Source: a candidate division WOR-3 bacterium (lineage in GTDB: Bacteria; Hydrothermota; Hydrothermia; Hydrothermales; JAJRUZ01). Taken from it: a DNA stretch of 64,000 nucleotides. The notes under the pieces were generated by a model that was not told the origin of the DNA, did no database searches, and was given only the letters and a program-made list of their open reading frames with translations. Location: assembly GCA_024277525.1 (NCBI GenBank), contig JAJRUZ010000019.1, positions 17 through 64,016 of the forward strand, read 5' to 3'. The position numbers and the translations under genes are program-made. Shown piece after piece: positions 53,744 through 63,592 of the stretch. Within the stretch, counting starts at the first letter, position 1; each line of letters starts with the position of its first letter.

Positions 53744-54246
53744 AAAAAATAATTGAGGCGCTTTTATTTGCGTCATCAAAGCCTTTGTCTTTGAAAAAGT
53801 TATCCAAAATTACAGGGTTCCCGATTCAGAAAGTAAAAGAAGAAATTGAAAAATTAAAAGAAGAATATTATAGAGAGGATAGGGCATTCGGAATATTTGA
53901 AGTTGCCGGAGGTTATGTTATGTATTCAAGGGAGGAATATGCTGATTATATAAGAAAATTAAGAGGAGACAGTGCTATAAGAATTTCAAAGGCAATGTTA
54001 GAGACACTTGCAATAATTGCTTACAAACAGCCGATAACAAAGGCTGAAATGGAGATATTGAGGGGAACTTCGGTTGATTGGACTTTAAAGGGACTTTTGG
54101 AAAGAGGGCTTGTTAAGGTTGTCGGAAGAAAAAAAGTGAGGGGAGCACCCCTTTTATACGGTACAACTGATAAATTTTTAAAACTTTTCGGTTTAAAATC
54201 CTTAGACGAGCTCCCGAGAATGGATTCGTCTTCGGAGAATTTTTAA
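53722..54246 (+). CDS. scpB: SMC-Scp complex subunit ScpB
   Basis: IEALLF, ETLAIIAYKQPIT, LYGTTDKFL. Confidence 0.93.
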   Translation: METPRNLKKIIEALLFASSKPLSLKKLSKITGFPIQKVKEEIEKLKEEYYREDRAFGIFEVAGGYVMYSREEYADYIRKLRGDSAIRISKAMLETLAIIAYKQPITKAEMEILRGTSVDWTLKGLLERGLVKVVGRKKVRGAPLLYGTTDKFLKLFGLKSLDELPRMDSSSENF

Positions 54247-54324
54247 ACTCTAACTCCGAATTTTTTAAGTAATAGGGAAGGTGGGGGCTGGGAATTTTCT
54301 GTGGTGAGTTTGCGGATGGTATAA

Positions 54325-54586
54325 CCCAAATCATTAAATAAAGTCAAAAATTTATGAAGATTTTCAAAAAAATTAATGAGAAAAGAAAAAGATTTGAATC
54401 CGGTTTTGATTTTCACCCCTCTCGGTTTGTTTAAAATTCTGAAAAATTACTGAAAAAACCTGATATTCTTAAAGCATCTTCAAAAATTCTCCACCACTTT
54501 TTACTCCACACGATAACCTTTAATACCTTCTGCCTTGCATGATTCACTGTATAACCCACCGCTAAAAACATATAATACCTGAACTT
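54325..54586 (-). mobile_element. Probable 3' remnant of an IS1380-family transposase and IS right end
   Basis: 54586..54431 translates KFRYYMFLAVGYTVNHARQKVLKV...W, like IS1380 C-termini; CCCAAATCAT at 54325 may be the terminal repeat. Confidence 0.45.
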
Positions 54587-54589
54587 TGA

Positions 54590-54858
54590 GGGACTTTTGT
54601 CCCCTAACGTTGAGGGGCTTTACCCCTCAAACTCCCCGAAATTCTAATTTTTATTCAAAAAGGAGACAGCTCCGCTGTCTCGGGCTTTGCCCCTCAAACT
54701 CCCCGAAAATAAATTTGAAAAAAATTAAAAATTAAAAACAGGGGGTTTGGGGGACTTTGTCCCCTAACGTTGAGGGGTTTCACCCCTCAAACTCCCCGAA
54801 AATTTTTATTTTTGATAAAAAATTCAGAGACAGCTCCGCTGTCTCGGGCTTTGCCCCT
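54590..54858. repeat. Duplicated composite hairpin element (MITE/BIME-like), two units of about 110-120 bp
   Basis: Each unit: GGGACTTT(T)GTCCC, TTGAGGGG-N5-CCCCTCAA, ACTCCCCGAAA, GAGACAGC-TCC-GCTGTCTC, GGGCTTTGCCC. Confidence 0.8.
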
Positions 54859-55045
54859 AATTCACCCGAAAGGTGAAAAATTTTTATTCCATTTACTTGA
54901 TTTTTTTCTTTAAATTTATGAGATAATTAATAATATGGAAAAATTTTATTTAAAGATTTGGGATATAATATATGCAAAGAATTAATAATTCAATTTTCTG
55001 ATCACAATTTGTTGGGATATACTGAATATATACTTTATGCAGAGA

Positions 55046-57418
55046 TTATTTTTTTGTATTTATTTTTTCTGTTTCCATGTCAGGGAAAAGAATTTTTACA
55101 ACTTCATTTATGTTATCCACAAAGATAAACTCCATTCCCTTAATGATATACGGTGGAAGTTCTTTTACATCCTTTTCATTCCATTTGGGTAATATTACTT
55201 TTTTAATTCCTGCTCTTTTTGCAGCAAGAACTTTCTCTTTTATTCCTCCCACAGGCATCACCTTTCCTCTTAATGTTATTTCACCTGTCATTGCAACTTC
55301 AGGGTCAATGGGCTTTTCCGTAAATAAAGAAAGTAAGGAGGCAAAAATCGCAACACCTGCAGATGGTCCATCCTTTGGAATCGCACCCTCCGGAACATGA
55401 ATATGAATATCACTTTTTTCAATCTCTGAATGGTTAATTCTCCACACATTTGAATTTGCTCTTATAAGAGTTAAAGCTGCCTGACATGACTCCCTCATCA
55501 CTTCTCCGAGTTTTCCGGTCAAGATAAGCGCACCCTTCCCCGGCATTTTCGCAGATTCAATAAAAAGAATTTCCCCACCAGCCATTGTCCAAGCGAGACC
55601 CGTCGCTACCCCTATTGTTCCTTTTCTTGCTTTTGTTTCAGAATAAAAAATCGGAGCACCGAGATATTTTTCCACTGTCTTAGGTGTTATTCTGAATTTT
55701 GTTTTACCATCTTTTGATTTCAACGCATCTATCGCAATTTTCCTCATAATGGCACCGATCTTTCTTTCAAGTTGTCTGACTCCTGCCTCACGGGTGTATT
55801 GAGAAATAATTTTTTGTAAGGCTTTTTTACTGAATTTTATATCCATTCCATCGAGTCCGTTTTCCTTTTTTTGTTTCGGAATTAAATACTTTGTCGCTAT
55901 ATAAAGTTTCTCCTCATCTACATAACCCGGAATTTCAATAACCTCCATTCTGTCAAGAAGGGGAGGAGGGATTGTATGAGTCGTGTTTGCGGTGGCTATA
56001 AAAAATACCTGAGATAAATCAAAAGCAACTTCAATATAGTGGTCTCTGAATGTATGATTCTGCTCAGGGTCAAGGACTTCAAGGAGAGCAGAAGAAGGAT
56101 CACCTCTGAAATCAATCCCTATTTTATCAACCTCATCCAGCATAAAAACAGGATTTTTTGTTCCTACCTGTCTTATTCCCTGAATTATCCTTCCGGGCAA
56201 CGCACCCACATACGTCCTCCTGTGCCCCCTTATTTCTGCCTCATCTCTTATTCCTCCCAGAGCCATTCTTATGAATTTCCTTCCGAGCGCTCTTGCAATA
56301 CTTCTTCCCAGAGATGTCTTTCCCACTCCGGGCGGTCCGACAAAACATACAATAGGACCCTTGACTTTTCCCTTTTTTATAATTCGCACAGCAAGAAATT
56401 CAAGAATTCTCTCCTTAACTTTTTCCAGATCATAATGGTCTTCATCCAAAACCCTCTTAGCCCTTTTAATATCAAGAATATCCTCTGTCTCCTCTGACCA
56501 CGGAAGAGCCAGAAGCCAGTCAATATAATTCCTTGAAACGGAATATTCAGGGGAAGCAGGATGTAAACGGGCAAGTTTATCAACTTCTCTTAAAGCAACT
56601 TCCCTTGCCTCTTCAGGCATTTTCTTTTCTTCAATCTTTTTCTTTAATTCCTGTATCTCCTTCTCTGTTTCATCAAGTTCTCCCAGTTCTTTCTGAATAG
56701 CCTTTAACTGTTCCCTTAAAATATGCTCTCTTCTTGCTTTTTCCAAGGATTCATCCACCTCTTCCCTTATTTTAGCAGAAAGTGCCACAACCTCTTTTTC
56801 CGCACTTAAAAGTGAAAGAACTTTTCTCATCCTTTCTTCCACATTCAGTGTTTCAAGTATTTTTTGTTTTTCCTTAGGATCAAAATTCATAGAAGAGGCA
56901 ACCATATCGGTAAAAATTGAATAATCCTCAATGCTTGATAAAAATAAAAGAGCCTCTTCAGGAAAATAAGGAGCAGCCTGAATTATTTCTTTTAATGTGG
57001 AGAGTATACTTTGCTTTAATGCTTCAAGTATCTTTTTATCCTCGGGAATTTCATCTTTTAATATTTCAATTTTTGCGTATAATCCTTTTTCTTTCTTCTC
57101 AAATTCAACTCCTTTTATTCTTTTCAAACCCTGAACAAAAAGGTGCATCGTTCCGTCAGGTACTCTCATCATTCTGTGGATGTAAACCGCGGTACCTATT
57201 TTATGTATATCCCCGGGCTCAATTTCCTTTTTATCTCCCTCTTTTTGCAAAAATGCACCGAATATTTTATCTCCTTTTAAAGCTTCGTCAATGAGAATCT
57301 GATATTTTTCTTCCTTAACAGTAAATGGAATTGCCATACCGGGGAAAATGATCCCTCCTTTAACAGGAATAACAGGCAATAATTCCGGAATTTGAGGCCC
57401 AAATTCCTTTTCCTGCAT
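55046..57418 (-). CDS. lon: ATP-dependent protease La, paralog 2
   Basis: GPPGVGKT, PKDGPSAG, GIKEK. Confidence 0.95.
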   Translation of the reverse strand: MQEKEFGPQIPELLPVIPVKGGIIFPGMAIPFTVKEEKYQILIDEALKGDKIFGAFLQKEGDKKEIEPGDIHKIGTAVYIHRMMRVPDGTMHLFVQGLKRIKGVEFEKKEKGLYAKIEILKDEIPEDKKILEALKQSILSTLKEIIQAAPYFPEEALLFLSSIEDYSIFTDMVASSMNFDPKEKQKILETLNVEERMRKVLSLLSAEKEVVALSAKIREEVDESLEKARREHILREQLKAIQKELGELDETEKEIQELKKKIEEKKMPEEAREVALREVDKLARLHPASPEYSVSRNYIDWLLALPWSEETEDILDIKRAKRVLDEDHYDLEKVKERILEFLAVRIIKKGKVKGPIVCFVGPPGVGKTSLGRSIARALGRKFIRMALGGIRDEAEIRGHRRTYVGALPGRIIQGIRQVGTKNPVFMLDEVDKIGIDFRGDPSSALLEVLDPEQNHTFRDHYIEVAFDLSQVFFIATANTTHTIPPPLLDRMEVIEIPGYVDEEKLYIATKYLIPKQKKENGLDGMDIKFSKKALQKIISQYTREAGVRQLERKIGAIMRKIAIDALKSKDGKTKFRITPKTVEKYLGAPIFYSETKARKGTIGVATGLAWTMAGGEILFIESAKMPGKGALILTGKLGEVMRESCQAALTLIRANSNVWRINHSEIEKSDIHIHVPEGAIPKDGPSAGVAIFASLLSLFTEKPIDPEVAMTGEITLRGKVMPVGGIKEKVLAAKRAGIKKVILPKWNEKDVKELPPYIIKGMEFIFVDNINEVVKILFPDMETEKINTKK

Positions 57419-57419
57419 G

Positions 57420-57809
57420 TTATTCCTCCTTTACTTCAATCTCAATTATTTTTTTAACCCTTTTGGGAACTCTGATTTTAAGAATTCCGTTTCTATAAAT
57501 AGTAGAAATTTGCGAACTATCAATTTCCTTGGGCAATTCAATGATTCTTTTATATCTGCTGTAAGGCCATTCATAGCAATGATGGGATACGGCTTCTTCC
57601 TCCATTTTTTCCCTTTTTGCCTCTACCTGAATACGGTTTTCTTGAAGAACAACTTTTAAAGAATCCTTTTCAACACCCGGCAAAATCATCTCAATTATCC
57701 ACTCATTTTCGGTCTCATAAACATTTGCAGGAGGAGCAAGGAATCTTGCGGGAGTTTCCTCCCGCGCTGTCCTTACAATTTTAAAAATAAATCCTTCTTC
57801 AAATTTCAT
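57420..57809 (-). CDS. Hsp20/alpha-crystallin small heat-shock protein
   Basis: NVYET, LPGV, YRNGILKIRVPK; coupled to lon. Confidence 0.9.
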   Translation of the reverse strand: MKFEEGFIFKIVRTAREETPARFLAPPANVYETENEWIIEMILPGVEKDSLKVVLQENRIQVEAKREKMEEEAVSHHCYEWPYSRYKRIIELPKEIDSSQISTIYRNGILKIRVPKRVKKIIEIEVKEE

Positions 57810-57829
57810 ACTTAATTATACCACTAAAC

Positions 57830-59647
57830 TTATTTTCTTTCCAGAAATTTTACCCTTTCAAGAATGTTTATTAAATAAAAAACATCCTTTGGGTCAAACT
57901 CTCCGATTTCTATCTTTAAATTGTTCAAAATATCCGAAATTTCCCTTCTTCCGTCCGAAAGATAAGATAAAAGGTCAATTATTAAACCTGCTTTTTTTAT
58001 TTTTTTAACTTTTTCATTAAATTCTTTTCTCTCCTCAACTTTCAGGCGCCTTGTAATGAAAAAGGGAACCGTTTTATATCTTTTCCTCAAAATAAATTTC
58101 TTTTTAATTTTGAACCTTTCATTTAATTCTTTCGGAATGTTTTCCGATTTACAAAATTCATTAATCTCTCTTATATCATCCTCCACAGAGAGGGTATTAT
58201 CCAATTTTTTTAAAGAATAAAGAGCATTAATAAATCCTTTATACTCATTAATGAATTTTTCTTCTTTTTCCTCTTTTATTTTTAAATCATAAATTTTTCT
58301 CTTAAAAATCTGTTTCATTTTTTCCTTTATGAAGTTTAAATCTTTTTTTGAAATGTCTGAAAGAAAAGTTAAATAAGTTAAAGTGAAAGTACCTGATAAA
58401 TGAAGGGATTCCTTTGATACTTTATCAATCGTATCCGCGGTTGTATGATAAAACTTATCAGGCCAATAATTTATCATGATTGAAGGTATTCCTATGTCAG
58501 GTGAAATCAGTATATAATGGTCGGAACCCCCCGAATATTCGGAGATTACTTTGCGAAAAACAGGAAGTTCGGTTGATCCATGAAAATTTTTTGCCTTTTC
58601 AGGGAAAATGGTAAGAATATATTCTCCTATATAACACGCAAAACTCCTGATGAAAAAGGGCTCTCTTTCTACCTGCATCACGCTTAAACATTTATTCTGG
58701 TCCTCCCCCACCATATCAAGATTTATTGAAGCAATTACTTTTTTAACCAATTCGGGATTACTTTTTAAAAAAGCAACCGTTCCGGTCATTTCAGGAAGAA
58801 GTAAAATTCTTATGTTTCTTTTTAATTTTAAATTTCCTCTTTTGATTTCCTCATTTAAATATTTTGCAATTCCGAGAGAAACAGCACAACCCGATGCATT
58901 GTCATTTGCAAATGGAGCAGGGTGGCATAAATGTGAAATACACCATAGTTCATTATTTTCTTCTCCTTTAAAAAGGATATCAATTACCTCAATTTCTCTT
59001 TCTCCGAATTCTGTCTCAATGAGGACTTCTGCTTTTAATTTCTTATGCTTTTTTAATAAATTTTTAATTTTTCTACCTTTTGCAGGGGATACCGCAAATC
59101 CGAAAAATCCTTTTTCCCAAAAGGAAACATAATGTATAGCATCCTCAATTTCACCCTCTTCCCTTATTCCCTCCAATTTCGGCATTCCATAATACAGAAT
59201 CCCGGTATCCTTCTTGTAAATATCATACATTCGCTTTCTGAAATCCGTGGTCAAAAGAATTTTTTTGTTTATATTTCCCCTAAATTTTTCGGAATCAACT
59301 ATTTCATAAACTCCTTGCACACTTCTACTTCTCGGAATTACAGAAAGCGGAGTTTCATTATAATCACATATTACCCCTGTAAAAGGCTCAATTATCTTTA
59401 AATATCCTTTTTTGATCTTCCAATATGGAAAAAATTTAAGAAAAAAATATTTAGAATTTTCGGTAAAAGGAAACTTATGAACTTTAAATTTTATTTTCTC
59501 ATTTTTTAATATATATGAAATTTCTTTTATTGCCTTTTTATATCCTTCGGAGACTTGAATCCTGTGGAATCTGGATATCTCATAATTTATTCCTTTTACC
59601 CATGCGGAAGGAAAATCCTTATAAAATTTATCAAATATTTCTTTCAA
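57830..59647 (-). CDS. DUF4910/M28 aminopeptidase-like protein
   Basis: SHLCHP, ANDNASG, PE, NLDMVG, GSDH, YHTTAD. Confidence 0.8.
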   Translation of the reverse strand: MKEIFDKFYKDFPSAWVKGINYEISRFHRIQVSEGYKKAIKEISYILKNEKIKFKVHKFPFTENSKYFFLKFFPYWKIKKGYLKIIEPFTGVICDYNETPLSVIPRSRSVQGVYEIVDSEKFRGNINKKILLTTDFRKRMYDIYKKDTGILYYGMPKLEGIREEGEIEDAIHYVSFWEKGFFGFAVSPAKGRKIKNLLKKHKKLKAEVLIETEFGEREIEVIDILFKGEENNELWCISHLCHPAPFANDNASGCAVSLGIAKYLNEEIKRGNLKLKRNIRILLLPEMTGTVAFLKSNPELVKKVIASINLDMVGEDQNKCLSVMQVEREPFFIRSFACYIGEYILTIFPEKAKNFHGSTELPVFRKVISEYSGGSDHYILISPDIGIPSIMINYWPDKFYHTTADTIDKVSKESLHLSGTFTLTYLTFLSDISKKDLNFIKEKMKQIFKRKIYDLKIKEEKEEKFINEYKGFINALYSLKKLDNTLSVEDDIREINEFCKSENIPKELNERFKIKKKFILRKRYKTVPFFITRRLKVEERKEFNEKVKKIKKAGLIIDLLSYLSDGRREISDILNNLKIEIGEFDPKDVFYLINILERVKFLERK

Positions 59648-59653
59648 ATTTTA

Positions 59654-60643
59654 TCAAATCCAGAATGAAGGAAATATGAGTTTATCCATGGTTATAATCC
59701 CGGGGGGCAATTTTTCTACTTTATTTATCCAATTCAACACAACATTTGCAGTTGCTTCATCACCCGGCGTCCCTTTTTCTATTTTCAATCTCAATTCAGG
59801 TTCTCCTTTAATGAAAATTTCGTCTCTTGTATCTTCTGCATCAAGGCTCATTTCAAGAAATAAACTTATTTCTATGCCCTCTTGCGTTTCAATTTTCACA
59901 TTATGAAGTATTCCACAACATTCTCCGGCTTTAACATCAAAATATTCTGTTTTTATATTCTCTTTCGCGATTTTCGGGTTACACTTTTCCTCAAATTTTT
60001 CAATTTTCAATCCGAGACATTTGCATAAAATACTTCCTGATTCAGCGAGTCCGACATGTCCTATTTCTCCTTTTTTCCATCTTTCATAAAATTCCTCACT
60101 TTTGAGGCCTGAACCTATCTTTTTTTGTAAAGGGTATCTCCTTTTACTTGCATTGTTAATTCTTATAATCTCTATTTTTTCAATTTTTTTGAAAACACCT
60201 GAAAAAAAAGCAGGCAGAAAATCCATCAGATAACCCGGATTAATTCCGCAGGGCAATATTGTAACATTATTATCCTTACACTTTCTATCAATTTCTTCTG
60301 CATCTTCAGGATGTTTCAAATAAGGATCGGTCATCTCTTCAGAGGTGGTTATTATGGGTCTTTTAAAATCAATAAGTGACAAAAGGTCTTTTTTAATATC
60401 AGGAATGCGGGATTTAGTCATGTGAATCAAGATCGCGTCTTTTTCATCGTTTACAACTTCTGGAAGTTCTTTTTTTACTATGATATTCTCATATCCATTT
60501 ATTCCAGTTATCTCTGTTAATGTTCTTCCGATTTTTTTATCGTCAATATCAACCGCGCCTTTTATTTTCAAGGATTTTTTATACTTTGTGCCTTCAATTA
60601 CTCTTTTGGCAATTTCTCCTATTCCTATCAGGACTACATTCAT
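59654..60643 (-). CDS. 2,4-diaminopentanoate dehydrogenase / DapB-like NAD(P)-dependent oxidoreductase
   Basis: GIGEIA, TTSEEM, GINPG, RRYPLQKKIG, GHVGLAES, GDEAT. Confidence 0.75.
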   Translation of the reverse strand: MNVVLIGIGEIAKRVIEGTKYKKSLKIKGAVDIDDKKIGRTLTEITGINGYENIIVKKELPEVVNDEKDAILIHMTKSRIPDIKKDLLSLIDFKRPIITTSEEMTDPYLKHPEDAEEIDRKCKDNNVTILPCGINPGYLMDFLPAFFSGVFKKIEKIEIIRINNASKRRYPLQKKIGSGLKSEEFYERWKKGEIGHVGLAESGSILCKCLGLKIEKFEEKCNPKIAKENIKTEYFDVKAGECCGILHNVKIETQEGIEISLFLEMSLDAEDTRDEIFIKGEPELRLKIEKGTPGDEATANVVLNWINKVEKLPPGIITMDKLIFPSFWI

Positions 60644-60675
60644 TGTGATTCCTCCTTTTTTAATATTTTAACACG

Positions 60676-60999
60676 TTATCGCCAATGCCCCGGGACCCAC
60701 TTCCAGCCATGCGGGGTTTTTACCCATTTTCCCGGCACCCATATTGCTCCCCTTCTGGGTGCTTTTACCCATTTCCCGGGAACCCAAATCCATTCTCCGT
60801 TTCTGTAAATCCAGTGCCCCGGAATCCAGACATACCTTTTTCCCGGTCTCGGAGGTCTTATTTCTATTTTCGGAGCAGGGGGAGCCTCTTTAACGATTAC
60901 AACATCAGCGCCCGGTCCTTCTTTTACAACTATCACCCTTCTTTGAACACATGAAAATAAAACTCCTACAATAATTATTAATCCTAAAATTTTTTTCAT
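60676..60999 (-). CDS. YXWGXW-repeat lipoprotein
   Basis: Lipobox LFSC; repeats YVWIPGHW, WVPGKW, WVPGHW. Confidence 0.85.
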   Translation of the reverse strand: MKKILGLIIIVGVLFSCVQRRVIVVKEGPGADVVIVKEAPPAPKIEIRPPRPGKRYVWIPGHWIYRNGEWIWVPGKWVKAPRRGAIWVPGKWVKTPHGWKWVPGHWR

Positions 61000-61071
61000 T
61001 TTTTCCCTCCTTATTTTAATTTTATTTTTAAGTCTTGAAATTTTTCAATCCGGACTTTAAAATTTTAGACA

Positions 61072-62373
61072 ATGGAAAATAAAAAAAGGTTTTCAATAAT
61101 TACTTTCGGTTGTCAGATGAATGTCAGAGATTCAGAAACAATGAGAAGTATTTTAATAAATAAAGGATATGAAGAAAAAGAACCGGAAGATGCTGACATA
61201 ATCGTCATAAATTCATGTTCGGTAAGGGAAAAAGCAGCAAACAGAGCAAAGACTTATGTAAGAGAGTTTAAAAGAAAGGGTAAAAAAATAATCTTTGCGG
61301 GTTGTGTTGCGGAAAATGAGAAGGATAGAATTTTTGAAATCGGAGCGGATGCGGTACTCGGAACGAGAAAAATACATAAAATAGATAGAATTATAGAAGA
61401 TTTATACAAAGATAAAAAAATAATTGAAGTCGGACTGGATGAAGTACCAGAATTTGATTTTGTCCCTGAACCTACTCATCCTGTTACTTCTTATGTTAAT
61501 ATTTCAATCGGATGCGACAACTTCTGTTCTTTTTGTATTGTCCCTTATACAAGGGGAAGAGAAATTACAAGAAGTTATTATTCTATTTTAAAAGAAGCAA
61601 AGGAGTTAATAGAAAAGGGTTCAAAGGAGATATTTTTGCTCGGACAGAATGTCAATTCATATTTTGACAATGTGACAGGATTTGATTTTGCGGATTTAAT
61701 TTATCATTTGGATAAAGATTTAAAGGGAAATTATTGGATTAAATACCTATCGCCGAATCCCAGGGATTTTTCATATAAAGTTTTCAATGCCATAAAAAAT
61801 TCCGAACATATTTCACATTGGTTCCATTTACCTTTACAATCGGGTTCAACAAAAATATTGAAAAGAATGAAGAGAGACTATACGAAAGAGGAATTCCTTG
61901 ATTTGTGTTATTATATAAGGGAAGAATTTCCTGATGCAACAATTACGACAGACATTATAGTAGGATTTCCGGGTGAAGACGAGAAAGACTTTGAGGATAC
62001 ACTTGATGTGGTTGAGAAAGTGAGGTTTGAAATGGCTTTCATGTTCAAATATTCGGAAAGACCGAATACTTCTGCGAGAAAATATAAAGATAAGATTCCC
62101 GAGGAAGAAAAGAACAGGAGGCTCCAGATTCTGATAGAGAAAGTCAATAATATAATCGAAGAAAGAAGAAAAGAAATGCTCGGAAGAAGATTTACTCTTT
62201 TGATTGAGGGTAAAAGCGAAAAATTTGAAGGTTGTTCAGGGTGCAAAACAAGGGAGAATATAAAAGGGGTAATTAAAGGTATATACGAACCGGGTAAATT
62301 CTTAATAGGGAGAGTGGTTGAGATAAAAGGTCATACTCCTATTTTTGAGTTTGAAAGATTTACAAATTTTTAA
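61072..62373 (+). CDS. miaB: tRNA-2-methylthio-N6-dimethylallyladenosine synthase
   Basis: TFGCQMN, NSCSVRE, CDNFCSFC, TDIIVGFPGE. Confidence 0.9.
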   Translation: MENKKRFSIITFGCQMNVRDSETMRSILINKGYEEKEPEDADIIVINSCSVREKAANRAKTYVREFKRKGKKIIFAGCVAENEKDRIFEIGADAVLGTRKIHKIDRIIEDLYKDKKIIEVGLDEVPEFDFVPEPTHPVTSYVNISIGCDNFCSFCIVPYTRGREITRSYYSILKEAKELIEKGSKEIFLLGQNVNSYFDNVTGFDFADLIYHLDKDLKGNYWIKYLSPNPRDFSYKVFNAIKNSEHISHWFHLPLQSGSTKILKRMKRDYTKEEFLDLCYYIREEFPDATITTDIIVGFPGEDEKDFEDTLDVVEKVRFEMAFMFKYSERPNTSARKYKDKIPEEEKNRRLQILIEKVNNIIEERRKEMLGRRFTLLIEGKSEKFEGCSGCKTRENIKGVIKGIYEPGKFLIGRVVEIKGHTPIFEFERFTNF

Positions 62374-62393
62374 CACAATTTAATAGTATATTT

Positions 62394-62415
62394 GTGCGAT
62401 AAATCGCACCGCTAC
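62394..62415 (-). repeat. Second GTAG-type REP family, intergenic between convergent miaB and radC
   Basis: GTAGCGGTGCGATTTATCGCAC. Confidence 0.65.
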
Positions 62416-62489
62416 GATTCTGTATTTATCGGATTTGTTGCGTTTCGGGTTTTCGGGTTTATTGAGGGTCTGAATTACTCACTGTAATT

Positions 62490-63161
62490 TTAAATAAGTC
62501 CTTTTTCTTTAAAACTGAAATATTCATTTTTTGTAACTATCACATGGTCTTCAACTTCTATTCCGAGTATTCTGCCTGCCTCTATCAGTCTATTTGTTAT
62601 CTCAATATCTTCCCTTGACGGTTCAGGGTTACCGGAAGGATGATTATGGGCAATTATAACACTTGCAGCAAAGTTTCTTATTGCGGGTTCAAAGACTTCT
62701 CTTGGATGGACCAAACTTGCTGTTAATGTTCCCACAGAGATGATTTCTCTTTTTATTTCCTGTTTTCTTGTATTAAGATAGAAAACAACAAAATGCTCTT
62801 TTTTATTATCTCTTACATCCTTTAGTTCTTTCCATATATCTTCAGGGTTCAAGTATATTTTGACTTTTTTATCCTTTAACAATCTCCTCCCGAGTTCAAA
62901 ACATGCAACAATTTGACATGCTTTTGCCGGTCCGAGTCCTTTGAAATTCTTTAAATCTTCATAAGTTAAATCAGGCAGGTTCTCTGCCCCGAATTTTTTC
63001 AAAATTTTATTGGCCAGTTCAATTACATTCTCTCCTTTTTTACCCGTTCTTAAAATAACAGCAAGCAACTCAGAGTTTGAAAGTTTATCAGGCCCTTCCT
63101 TTATTAATTTTTCTCTGGGTCTGAGTGATTTCGGAATATCATGAATTTTATTTTTATACAT
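62490..63161 (-). CDS. radC: RadC/UPF0758 JAB-domain protein
   Basis: RPREKL, HhH, VHPREVF, HNHPSG...ED. Confidence 0.93.
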   Translation of the reverse strand: MYKNKIHDIPKSLRPREKLIKEGPDKLSNSELLAVILRTGKKGENVIELANKILKKFGAENLPDLTYEDLKNFKGLGPAKACQIVACFELGRRLLKDKKVKIYLNPEDIWKELKDVRDNKKEHFVVFYLNTRKQEIKREIISVGTLTASLVHPREVFEPAIRNFAASVIIAHNHPSGNPEPSREDIEITNRLIEAGRILGIEVEDHVIVTKNEYFSFKEKGLI

Positions 63162-63244
63162 AAAGTAAATTTTAAAATTTCGGAAAAAAAGTTTTCAAAA
63201 AATAAATTGAATTACCTTTATTTTTTTATTTATCATCTAAAATC

Positions 63245-63592
63245 ATGAAAAAGAAAGATTTTAAAAATAAAAAATGGATCAAAAAGAATGCCTTGAAATG
63301 CAAAGAGAAACATACAGAATTATTTTCGAAATATGCAATTAATACGAAAACAGGGATAGTATATCTTAAAAAAGATGAAGAGGTTAAAATGCACAGTACG
63401 GAAAACGGTGAAGAGATATTAATAATTCTTTCGGGTAAAGGCTCTGCTTTTACAGAGGATAGAAAAATTATAATTGAAAAAGGGGACATTGTTTATTTCG
63501 GTCCGTATACAAATCACAGTATCAAAGCGGATAAAGAAAGTGAATTATGTTATGTATATGTATATTCTGAAATCAAAAAAAAAAATTTTTAA
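63245..63592 (+). CDS. Cupin domain protein
   Basis: HST..GEE..IILSGKG...GD...P..NHS. Confidence 0.8.
   Translation: MKKKDFKNKKWIKKNALKCKEKHTELFSKYAINTKTGIVYLKKDEEVKMHSTENGEEILIILSGKGSAFTEDRKIIIEKGDIVYFGPYTNHSIKADKESELCYVYVYSEIKKKNF

Noticed and set aside
54590-54858. CRISPR array or rho-independent terminators
   Set aside because: Only two composite units with no regular spacers, and the hairpins lack consistent U-tails.
61044-61053. TTCAATCCGG upstream of miaB as another T-arm copy
   Set aside because: No 5' G strand to pair with, and it lies inside the promoter spacer.
62490-63161. radC as a marker of an integrated mobile element
   Set aside because: Full-length chromosomal-type RadC with HhH N-terminus; no integrase or att sites seen.
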